A stretch of 63,602 bases of DNA, filler included, from Lenisia limosa (Eukaryota; Protista; Breviatea): NCBI GenBank assembly GCA_001655205.1. It is 15 parts of 15 records of this genome, joined end to end, with 100 filler letters (N's around TTAATTAATTAA, not from the genome) between each part and the next. Parts side by side here need not be neighbours in the genome. Positions count along the whole stretch, not along the records: positions 1 to 2,961 come from LPNZ01007871.1; positions 3,062 to 13,395 come from LPNZ01009713.1; 13 more parts are not named here. One strand, written 5' to 3'. The translations under genes were made by a program, and so were the position numbers. The notes beneath the pieces were generated by a model. That model did not search any database, had not been told where the DNA came from, and saw only the letters and a list, made by a program, of their open reading frames with translations. Shown here piece by piece: positions 1-10,266 of the stretch (its first letter is position 1; each line of letters starts with the position of its first letter).

Positions 1-2
1 AT

Positions 3-2597
3 CTGGCTGTCCGGCGTCAGGCTGGTGGGGGGGGGCTATGTAGATCATATACAGTGACCGGGAGAGGACTTGGCCAATTTTCTTCGGGAAATCCCAGACT
101 TATCCTGGTCACTGTATATCAAATCATGGGGGGAGGGGGGTAACGTATATTTTTTATCAAATATCATATCATGGGGGTGCAGGGAGTATATTATTCAGTC
201 GTCTCACCCCAGATTCACCCACTTCTTTCCTTCGTTTTACTCCACCCAGGACTAGCCTTAGCCGCCCTCTCTGCCCTCTCCCCTCGAACTGCCATAATTT
301 ATGTAGCCTACCACCTTATCCCGATTCTTGGTAGGCGGAGATATAGCTTTTATATAGGGTTCGAAAAAGACCGGCTAAATATCGATAGTTTTCGAGGGTT
401 TATCGAGAAATTCAGTCTTTTTTCGAACCAAAGTGAAGTCTCGACTATTATATCCAAAAGTTGTATTATGATAGATAGTTATTATCAAAAAAAATATGAA
501 ATGATTTGCTTTAATCATTATGCTCGCATACTTGGTCTATTTCTGTCAATCTCTTTGGTTTCTGGCTTGGTGCAAACTTTTTGTATTTAGAGTCGATATT
601 TTGGCTCTTGCACCAAGTATTTTGGCCCTTCTTTATTGAGCCTTTAAAGTCATGGAGCAGTGTTTCAGAATTATCAAGTGTTTATTCTTGCAATTCAAAC
701 AAAAATAATCGCAAAACTATAAACACAAATCAACCACCAATAATATTGAGTGGGCGCCAATTCTATTATTACCACCAGAGAAAAGAAAGAGAACAACACA
801 AAGAGCAAAAGCAGTACCTGCTGTTGTATTTGAGCCTGAGCGATCTGGTAAATAAACAAACATTCATTCACCTTGAGAGCATTAACAGCCCAAGCCCCCA
901 CATGTTATTAGTCTGATATTATTCACAGTCACAAATCACAAAGAGAAAGAACATCAACAAAGAATAGTACCACGGCGGCGGCGGTTTGGGGTTGAAGGAA
1001 AGAAGCTGGTCAAAGAAGGTCTGTCATGTCATCAGCCTTCGGAGACATGCCGGCGCAGAGGTCTGAAACATAAACAGATATTCACAAGCATAGAGAAAAG
1101 AGAGAAACTGCATCAAGAAAAGTACCGGTGGAGGGAAGGCTGCTGCTGCGGCGTTGGGGGCAAGAAGTCCGGCGTTCTGAAAAATAAACAGAAATGCACC
1201 ATGAGTTGGGCCGAATAAAAGGCATGATTGCCTGAAGGGCTGCATTCATCCAGCATGCGTTCCCTGAGGGGTAAAAAAAGTGAACGAAATATAGTCTTAT
1301 TTTCCACTTGGCCGTTTCTGCATCGTCGACAGCTGCTTGCTCCTTTTCCACTGGTTTCGGCCTCGCATCATTAAGGGAAAAAAGAGAAGAAAGAAACCAA
1401 TTCCTACCTTCATGAAGTGAAATTGTCTGGGATTCTATGTAATTATATAACTTGCTTTCTTTCGCTTTTTTTAAAGAAGATTTCGACAGTTTTCGAGAAT
1501 TTATTGAGAATTAAGTTTTTTTTTTTTTTTTGTAGCCCTAAAACCATCCCCGTTGAAAGTTGCTCCCATACATAATTTTGAACTTTCTTTGTTACCCAAA
1601 ACGAACGCCAATGTTCAGTGTTGAAGGGTCATGTCACCCCCACTTTTGCTTTCAGATTCACCCGCTCCCCTCCGCTCTTTAGTTTTTTTTCTGTTAATTT
1701 TCCATTTACAGAGTTGATTTGGGCTTTTTTTTTTTGTTTGTTTTCTAAATTTTCCCAATTTAACCCTCCCTCCTCCATCAGAGGATCCAAATTCCATTCC
1801 CCATCGCAGGGGAGCTTCTGCAGCTCTGGTGCACATTGTGAAGAGAATCGGCCTTTCTGTCCTGGCTTATACCCCCCTTGTTGCTCTCCCGCTACTTGCT
1901 CGTTCGGCCGATAATGTGGGGTAAATGAAGGAAATTTCGAGGGGACAATAAGGGGTACCACACCCTCCACCTTATTGTGGGCTTTGTGTTTCATAAATTT
2001 CCCAATTGTACTCCCCGCCCCCACTTACACCCCCAGGATATCCCGACAAGGCGCATGAGTTCGACTGGGTTCGCCGCCCTAGTGCAAGTCTTCCCATTGT
2101 GGGGGGGGGGGGNNNNNNNNNNNNNNNNNNNNNNNNNNNNNNNNNNNNNNNNNNNNNNNNNNNNNNNNNNNNNNNNNNNNNNNNNNNNNNNNNNNNNNNN
2201 NNNNNNNNNNNTACTTAACGAGAAGTCGACAACATGTAAATAGAATCACAGACACGGGTAGCATTATGATTGAAAGGTACAATATAAGAATAGTTCATTT
2301 CATTTACTGCGCTTATTTGCCCTTAATACAAGTCTTCCCATTGGAGGGGTATTTGGAAATTATGAAATATAAAAGAACTCAGTTGGCGGACAACACACGA
2401 GGGTCGATAACAACAAAACAAAGCCCAGGCCTATAGCAGTTTGTATTATGTTTTTGTTCTTGTGGGATAGGGTTCATTGTTTGCGTCCCTCTTTACCTGA
2501 AATAAAACTATCATTAAACACACTGCTGTTTAATGTTCTTTACACCCCCAGAGCAAAGAAGTCCGAAGATGCTATTCCCCTTCCAAACCAATTAATG
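3..2597 (+). CDS. BTAF1: Internal fragment of a BTAF1/Mot1-like HEAT-repeat SNF2 protein (multi-exon, partial)
   Basis: Phase-consistent exons 1782-1915, 2037-2098 and 2552-2597 give HRRGASAALVHIVKRIGLSVLAYTPLVALPLLARSADNDIPTRRMSSTGFAALVQVFPL, which resembles Mot1/BTAF1 (V.PVLGRMSD..D.VR...T..FA.L..L.PL). Exons 3-24 and 250-~300 (LAVRRQAGLALAALSAL) are on the same strand, but their link to the later exons is not proven. Confidence 0.65.
52..114. mobile_element. 63-bp hairpin MITE (family G), CAGTG terminus, TA flanks
   Basis: ta|cagtgaccggga...tcctggtcactg|ta. Other copies at 61400-61462 (also 63 bp, TA flanks) and 58479-58554; partial copies at 10011-10036 and 30023-30056. Confidence 0.8.
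650..1425 (-). other. Minus-strand spliced unit of uncertain coding status (nested gene or pseudogene)
   Basis: A series of T-rich GT...AG segments on the minus strand (e.g. gtactttt...gtttcag, gtactatt...atatcag, gtactgct...ataatag) separated by GC-rich exon-like blocks. I found no fully open spliced frame. One frame contains GNACWMNAALQAI. Confidence 0.35.
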
Positions 2598-2899
2598 GTT
2601 TGCCAGGGNNNNNNNNNNNNNNNNNNNNNNNNNNNNNNNNNNNNNNNNNNNNNNNNNNNNNNNNNNNNNNNNNNNNNNNNNNNNNNNNNNNNNNNNNNNN
2701 NNNNNNNNNNNNNNNNNNNNNNNNNNNNNNNNNNNNNACGTCCAACTTAAAATTTATCAATTAATTCCACAAACAATTTATTTTACTGGTATCCTTACAC
2801 CTTAGGCCCAATTAGAGAAGGATGGAGATTTCCTTGATCAGTTACTCGATACCTCCAAAGTGGGGAGGGAGGTTTTCATATTATTATTCATATTATTAT

Positions 2900-2900
2900 T

Positions 2901-2960
<60 letters not shown>

Positions 2961-2961
2961 G
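2900..2961 (+). repeat. (TTG)n microsatellite
   Basis: About 20 perfect TTG units running into the contig end. Confidence 0.95.
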
Positions 2962-3061
2962 NNNNNNNNNNNNNNNNNNNNNNNNNNNNNNNNNNNNNNN
3001 NNNNNTTAATTAATTAANNNNNNNNNNNNNNNNNNNNNNNNNNNNNNNNNNNNNNNNNNNN
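2962..3061. other. Artificial contig spacer N44-TTAATTAATTAA-N44 (first of 14)
   Basis: An identical 12-mer with stops in all six frames, embedded in N runs, at 3006, 13440, 17307, 19666, 21371, 29178, 31291, 33751, 39141, 42580, 44587, 56374, 58655 and 62543. Genes are truncated at these points. Confidence 0.97.
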
Positions 3062-3076
3062 CCCCCCCCCCCCTAG

Positions 3077-5627
3077 GCCCAGTCTGTGTCAAGGATCAGG
3101 CGCATGAGAGATTGGCCACTGCCGTTGCTGCCCTCGTGAGAGACGAACTTGCAGCCAGAGCTGGCCAATTTGACGTGGGGGCTCTAGTGTTAAGCCGACA
3201 GAGCTTATATATTGGATTTTGTAGGATTTTTTTTTTTGTTTTGCATTCAAAATTTCTCTTCCTCGTATACGCTGGAGTGATAGGATGAGATGCGCAAAAG
3301 CGACAAGCCTGGTTTTGTTGTTATCAACCCTCGTGTGTTGTATAAGCCAACAGAGTTGATTCGGGCTTTTTTATTTCATAATTTTTCCAATTTTACTCCC
3401 CCCCCCCCNNNNNNNNNNNNNNNNNNNNNNNNNNNNNNNNNNNNNNNNNNNNNNNNNNNNNNNNNNNNNNNNNNNNNNNNNNNNNNNNNNNNNNNNNNNN
3501 NNNNNNNNNNNNNNNNNNNNNNNNNTCATTAGTCTCATCAAGCCCAAAAACGTGGGGGGTGGGGTAACTGTAACTCTCTTACATGGCGCAGAACGGACTT
3601 TTTTTATGACCTTTTCATAACTGTTTAGCTCCAAGGACATTACAACCTTCGCGTCCTGACTTCACGTGCACTTGAGATGATGAAGGTGTGTATCCTGCCC
3701 TATTATTACTCCTTCTGGGTCATAAACTTCAGGCTGACTAATATCAACATCAACTGTGTTTTTGATTCTCTTCTGTCCTCCTAGCATTAGCATTTTATTT
3801 CTATCCCTTCTGTGAAGACTTACTGTTGACAGTTTCTCTTTTCACACCCCCCGCAGGATAAGCCACATAGCTTCCACATTGAGACCGAGACTCTCGAGGG
3901 CAATGTCGTCTTCTTCTCAACAAATGTTTGTATGGATCTTGTTTTTTTTTTGTTTTTTTTTTCTCGAAATAGTGATATCATGTATTGTATTGTTCTCATT
4001 TCAATGACGATGCTATGCTGACTGCTGCCTTGAAAAAAAACTCTGTTGTTATACGAGTTATACGTTCATGTATATATGCTCGAGGTCCTAAACTATGTCG
4101 TTAATTCAATTTTCTGTGACTGTTTATATCAGAAATATATTACTGTTTTGAAGGGGAACAGCTGAATTGGCGACCGTAAATAATTAACGACATTAATTCA
4201 AATTAACGACATAATTTTGGACCTTGAGCATATGTATATTTTCAATAGTTATCTTTTACAACACCCTTCAGAACCTAAGACATAATGGTCACAATTTATA
4301 ATGTCTCTCACTTTTCAGCCCGAATTCCCGGTTCTTTGCTCACTTGGACGCTCATTAATTGGTATGTACTGCTCCCATCATTTGTTGATATTTGGCTTTT
4401 TTTTTNNNNNNNNNNNNNNNNNNNNNNNNNNNNNNNNNNNNNNNNNNNNNNNNNNNNNNNNNNNNNNNNNNNNNNNNNNNNNNNNNNNNNNNNNNNNNNN
4501 NNNNNNNNNNNNNNNNNNNNNNNNNNNNNNNNNNNNNNNNNNNNNNNNNNNNNNNNNNNNNNNNNNNNNNNNNNNNNNNNNNNNNNNNNNNNNNNNNNNN
4601 NNNNNNNNNNNNNNNNNNNNNNNNNNNNNNNNNNNNNNNNGCTGACTGCCTCGGGTATCTACTGCTGTCTGAGCCAGAGCCAGGCAAGACGCGACAGCAG
4701 CGAGGCTCTCCATGTCTTTGAGGTATGCCAAATATGGTAATAACCACTTACCTTATCAGGATGTCATAGATCTGCCAAATATGGTATAACCCACTTACCT
4801 TATTAGGATGTGAAGTCCATGCTCCTGTCCAAGCAGCTGACACAGCCTTCCAACGCCTTCATTGTCCCTGAGCACCTTCGTGACACGTTCTTTGTCCCCC
4901 TCTGCAGACCTCAGCATAAGGCCAAAATCTGGGACCTTGTAGGGCGGTAAAAATATATAAATAAAAACATTAATGTATCATCGGTAATGTAACACCAATA
5001 TCAGATGCATGAAGCAAGGAATAACCCGCTTCAGGTTGAACAGATGGTCAATGCCGACGAGAGGGTCGCTAAGGTTCCACGCTTCCTCAACGGCCTTGAA
5101 GTTGACACCTGGGAGGTGGGGGGGTATGTTTCTGTTGTACATATATGCCTAGTCTCCTGACACGTGCAGTGGAAGGACAGTGCCAACTCGCATCCGAGCC
5201 CCGAAATGACGAGGGCGTATCCTGTCACGCCGCACCCTGCTGCCGGCACCGCCCACTTCAAGGTCTGTTGCTAGGGTTCTGCGTATGCTGTAATGATTGA
5301 CATAAGGCTGTAGAGTTTTGTTCCATCTGGTGGTTGAAAAAGACTGGATCGCTATTGAGAATATTGAACTTCTCAAATTTTTGCTCACCCCACAGCCCCA
5401 CAATCATCTAGAAGACACACCACCCCTGCGGCCGGCCATGCGCTTTGAAAAGCCTGCCTTTGCCGTCCCCATTCCTGAGCTGACGCCCCAGATAGACAGG
5501 ACGCGCCACTACCCTGTGAGGAAATATTTCACCCATCGTTTGACTCGGAATTTGGTGTAACGTTGCACTGACGTTCCAGGCCCCTGAAGCTCGTGTGCCC
5601 CGTGCTGGCCTTTACCCCAAAATGTAG
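3077..5627 (+). CDS. Src1/Man1-family inner nuclear membrane protein, C-terminal MSC domain (5' truncated)
   Basis: Spliced product includes GPVCVKDQAHERLATAVAALVRDELAARAGQFD, FIVPEHLRDTFF, AKIWDLVEQMVNADERVAKVPRFLNGLEVDTWEWKD (the MSC W..V..D.R....I.G....WEW signature) and ends GLYPKM* at 5625-5627. Confidence 0.8.
3265..3408 (+). mobile_element. Family B splice-site-anchored intronic repeat (representative copy)
   Basis: Consensus tacgctggagtgatgggatgc..gaagcgactggcctgggc..ttgttatcaaccctcgtgtgttgtcagccaacagagttgatttgggc..tttgtttcataaattttccaattttactcccc(n). Copies or fragments near 1706, 1977, 2343, 19207, 30870, 31740, 33808, 35705, 37575, 43455, 58090, 60990-61225 and 62060. Confidence 0.9.
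4077..4230. mobile_element. 154-bp MITE with ~30-bp TIRs inside a Src1 intron
   Basis: Left tgctcgaggtcctaaactatgtcgttaatt and right aattaacgacataattttggaccttgagca are inverted repeats, with TA on both flanks. Confidence 0.8.
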
Positions 5628-5963
5628 GCTCTCTTTGTTATCTGTTTTAATGTACACTACCCCCCACATACCTGCTGTGTCCATTTAGAAATGCGAAGGG
5701 GAAAGAAACCACGGAACATCTTCATGTATTCATATTATTGCATATCATACCAGAGATACAGAGATAGGGGAATGAAAAATCTCAGAGTAAACACTGGTAG
5801 ACTCCACCGTTACCAGGGGAAATGCAAAATGATGCAGCTCAACTACCCTCTTCACGTTTCCTAGCCCAGTTGTCGAGGAACAACGACCATACCAACAGAT
5901 GCATATGGATAAATACAAGAGACACAAAAACCCTCAGACAAAAAACAACATACACAAGAACCT

Positions 5964-6932
5964 CTATTTTCGCCTACGCGCTGGTAACACACTCTCCACC
6001 AGTCTGTTGAGACCTCCTTCAAAGGTCTTGTCCTCTATGGCTGAGTTGATCTGAGAAGGGAGTAAGCAACACTGCTCTGCCTTGTGTTAATTAATCTATC
6101 AGGCCCTCCAACACATTGAGGATGTCAGAGATGAAAAAAATTATAATGTTCTGATTGAGTTATGATACCTCCGTAACATACATGATAAAACGGGGAGCAA
6201 ACTGCTCGTGAGTATATATCCGTGACTTGCGTGAAAAACTAAACTCGTTAGAAACTGTAGTATCGCCCCATATTATTTCCCTTTTCAACTTGCCCACTTG
6301 CTGCATTTCAGCGTGGCTTGGTGAATTAGCCCCCGATATAACGACTATAAACTTGACTTGAGTGTTGGTAACGCTGCCATACCTAAATATATATTATTAC
6401 AAGGAAAAGATAAAACAGCTTTCTGTTTTCATCTCCACGGATTTTTGAAAACAAGAGTAGCACATCACAAGATCAACATCTTTTAGCTTGATATTACATG
6501 CTATAATCTTGCAAGAGTACCCACGAACACTTTATGCTGATCTCCTGGCAGAATGAGCCCCTGAAAGAGCTTGTCCTGGGTGCTCTTTTGCCCCACTAAA
6601 CAGTTAGTTGCCTTGGGTTGCTGGTGCGTGGCCTTCTCAGAAAGAAAGTCAAAACAAACCTCTTGTTTTGTTATTTTTTTTGAGGATCGAAGTGCTTTGA
6701 AACCATGAAACATCATATATACCGATACGGAGTAGTTTTTGTATGAGTGAAACAGGAGAAGTATTATTCCCCCAACAATGCAAGGAAATATGTGGAAACA
6801 ACAAATCCCATTTGACAACCTAAGGCAAGAACTGCACCCACTGTTTTCCTCAAGGATATCCAAGGCTGAATACGCCATAAGATGCTCTTTTGGGGTTCCT
6901 TTCCCATAGGAAGAAATGAAGAGCGGTTGATT
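5964..6932 (-). CDS. TRAPPC2L: TRAPP complex subunit 2-like (sedlin family); first exon not located
   Basis: Exons give NQPLFISSYGKGTPKEHLMAYSALDILEEN...KLFQGLILPGDQHKVYGSVTNTQVKFIVV...FFTQVTDIYSRAVCSPFYHINSAIEDKTFEGGLNRLV...RRRK*. This matches the TRAPPC2L pattern [25 protein letters not shown] and NPFY. Confidence 0.85.
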
Positions 6933-7776
6933 CTAAGCGAGGTGGTGAAATTATATTAACTTGAAACAAATTGGAAAGACAAGCCCCGAAATAACACAAA
7001 ATCAAAGAGTGAAGAACTCAAGAAGGGGGGGAAACCGAAAAAACTTGGGGGGTTGACAAAACTTGAGGGGTTGAAAAAAACGGATTGTACTTCTATCATT
7101 TGTGAGCCCATTGTAACCAACTATCTTCCAAAAAAATAAGACTACACTGGGAAGAAATGAAAACAACGTAAATTAGAAAAGCATCGCAGGTTTAAGTTCC
7201 CCTTTTCCCTAATACCGCTTTTCCAACAATCGCTATACACAAAACATTCATGGTGACTGTATCAATCTAAATCGGTTAAGGAATAATATCTAGAAATGAG
7301 AAATAAAACAAGTTAACTGATCAATATGTGGAAGCAAGGAAGTAAACCTGGGTACAACGAAATACATTCATTATTTACCCACAAACCTTTAAGTGCACTG
7401 ATCAGTTAGTAATCAGTAAGTGACAAGAGGGAAAGTGCTGGGGCAACGCTAGATTAGAGCTTAGCTTCGTTAAAATCAAAGCAAATTCTGAAGATTCAAA
7501 GATAAGGCAAAAGAAGGAGTAGATAGACAGAAAGGGTCAGGAAAGGGTGAAAAGGGCAAAAAAACGAACAACTATGTCCAAGAATGTAACAAATGTAATA
7601 AAAAATGTAACAAATGATGCAAAAACATTGATTCCTAATTATTATATGATTGTACATTGTATTATAATAATTATAGAGTCATAAAGTCAGTGAGTTATCA
7701 TCATATCTGTGTAATCAGTCTCAATACAGCGTCCTCTCATCTGAAACACGTTGGTAATCAGATATCAGAGAACGCA

Positions 7777-10224
7777 ATGGAAGACCTTTTATCCAGTGGA
7801 GTTTCAGTTCTTGATGGTGGTGGTGCATGGCAGGTTGGTGAAGGTCAGAATACATGATTTCTTGATTTATGTCATGGAACTATCAATGGGTTGTCCTAGG
7901 TGTAACTTATTATGATATAATATCTGCACATGAAGTATACAATCCTATTTGGTATTGAGGTTTTTCGTAGCTGGAGCAACAAGGGGTGCGGCTTTCTTCA
8001 GTTCTTTGGTCATCAGCTGCTGTGATCGGTAGGAGTTTAGATAAAATCACACCAGGGTGTTCATAAGAACAAGTTCTCCAAGTCTTTTCCTTTCTTATTC
8101 TCACAATACCATTTCACATGAAAGAGACTCCCGAAGAAGTGGAGGCTGTTCACTCCTCTTTCGTATCATCCGGAGCGGATATCATTCTGACAATGACATA
8201 CCAGGCTTCAAATCAGGTTGGGTAATCTCTTTCATTAATCTGCGACTTATTAGTTATTAAATATGGCAAAGATGATAGAGGGAAAACACTTCCTGAAGAT
8301 TGGCAGCCCTAATAAGTTCTGACCCCCCAATGTTTCTGACCCCCTAAGACGTACAGAAAAGTCTTTGGAAATTGTCTGTCTGAATCATTTGAGGAGTTTA
8401 TCCGAAATGCCGTACAGCTGGCCAGAAAGGCAGCATCAAAAGTACATGGGAATATCACTGGTAAAGTAGTGATATTTTTTAATATCGGGAAACTCACTCT
8501 TTTTGAATCGTGAAGCTCTACGTATTATAAAACACGAATGTTTTTTAACTATTCTTTGAATCAATATCAGTACGGAATTGGGAAGTTCTAAATTCAGCAG
8601 AGCTCGCGGAATGTCTTTGTTGGAGGAAGTGTTGGACCTTACGGGGCTGGTTTACAAGGGGGCGCTGAGTACTCTGGTGAATACCGCTTGAGTCAGGTGA
8701 GAGAATAAAGCCAATATAAAGGTAATATTACAGATATGATATGAGGTACATCGTATTGATGTCCGTTTGAAATTGTTAAAACTTTGATACTCCTATTGTT
8801 GTGACCCTCCAGATAGAATACCAGGAATATCATCGTCCTTTGGTCACCGCGCTGATTCAGTCAAATGTCGACTTTTTGGCTTTTGAAACTCTACCTCGAA
8901 GTGATGAGGCTCTTGGTAGGTTGAAGGGTTACAACCGCTCTGTGGTTCATTTTTGATACTATCGATTTTAATTTTCAGCGATTAAATAATGTGTGGGTTT
9001 AGTTTATGACTGAAATAAGTCACAAATAGTACTATGGTAGGGATTCATCGACTTGAAAGTCAAGTATCAGGCAATAGTAGTGAATGTTGAATTGACAATG
9101 TGACCATCTTAGCTTTGGTATCACTCTTGACGAAGGAATTTCCTGGAAAGAAGGTTTGACAATACCCATTTTCTCCTTCAACAATTGATAACTCTGATCG
9201 AATTGAATTGACTCTATTTTTTGAGAAATTGATCCCTTTAGTGTTGGATTTCCTTTTCTTGTAACTCTACCCGGACTATTAATAATGGCACTGATTTAGC
9301 TGAAGCTGTGAAATTTATACAGGTTGGAATGTTAAGATGATTGAAAACGTGTAATGTATAAAAGAATACGTTTTCCTTCTCATACAGAAATCCGCTTTTG
9401 GTCACAGGCGATGGCCAATCCTGTTGTCTATCCATCCGCTTTGTTCCATAAAACACTAAACCAAAACAAAAGTTGAGAATTCATGAGGATAAGTACTTAT
9501 TTATTCTCCTAAGCCTCCAGGATTATGACTGTGTTCTTGGCATCGGGGTCAACTGCACTAAACCTATGGTTGGTTCCTGATCAAATGTAGAGCCTCCGCG
9601 ATTCATTAAAGCCAATGTGTTGATTAATTTTAGTTTGTCAGCGACATTTTGAAGACAATGAGGAGGTATACCAAGAAGCCCCTCATTTGCTACCCTGATT
9701 TGGTATGTCAAGGAATACGAACGGTGTGTCGGTGGTGGCAATAGAAAAGTTCACGGGGGGTAAGGCAACTGTTTTGGGTGAATTGATGATTATGACATTT
9801 GTCCATGTCATTTCTACCATTAACAGCATAGGGATGGAAATGGAAAGATGGAAAATGGGACAAGTCCTCGGGTAACGAGTCGTCCTTCTTACAACAGGCC
9901 AAAGAATGGGCCAAATATGCTGCTGTAATTGGCGGATGGTGGGGGGGAACCGAAAGTCAGAATTTCTGTGATTGGTTGGATAAACTCTTGTTATTTACTA
10001 TACTCTGCATAGTGACCGGATAAGGCTTGACCTATTGCACCATCACGCTTACAAGAGATACTGAGTTACATTGTATTTTCTTGTGTTTCGCCCATCGAAG
10101 GGGTAGAGGGTTTTTGGGCAGCAGAAGGCACTTTCTGTATTTCCAGGAATGTAACCATTCCAGTTGCACTGTTGGACCCGGAACTATCCAGAAATTGGCA
10201 AAACAAGTCCATGAAGCGGACTGA
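7777..10224 (+). CDS. mmuM: Homocysteine S-methyltransferase (MmuM/HMT family), complete multi-exon gene
   Basis: MEDLLSSGVSVLDGG, LWSSAAV, GADIILTMTYQAS, VGGSVGPYGAGLQGGAEYSGEY, LAFETLP, CWISFSC, GIGVNC, PLICYPD, and IGGCC spanning the last intron; TGA at 10222-10224. Confidence 0.95.
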
Positions 10225-10266
10225 CTCAGGTAGCTTGGCTGCATATGTCTGAGAGACCTCGTTGTT

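Noticed and set aside
971-1062. In-frame TGA codons suggesting stop-codon reassignment or selenocysteine
   Set aside because: The well-supported genes (HMT, ASNSD1, VPS33, TRAPPC2L) translate cleanly with the standard code, and HMT and ASNSD1 end at TGA.
2822-3013. ORF with poly-Tyr/poly-Cys
   Set aside because: It is a translation of TAT/TTG microsatellites running into a gap.
3006-3017. TTAATTAATTAA palindrome recurring 14 times
   Set aside because: It is always centred in 44+44 N. It is an artificial six-frame-stop linker, so gene neighbourhoods across it are meaningless.
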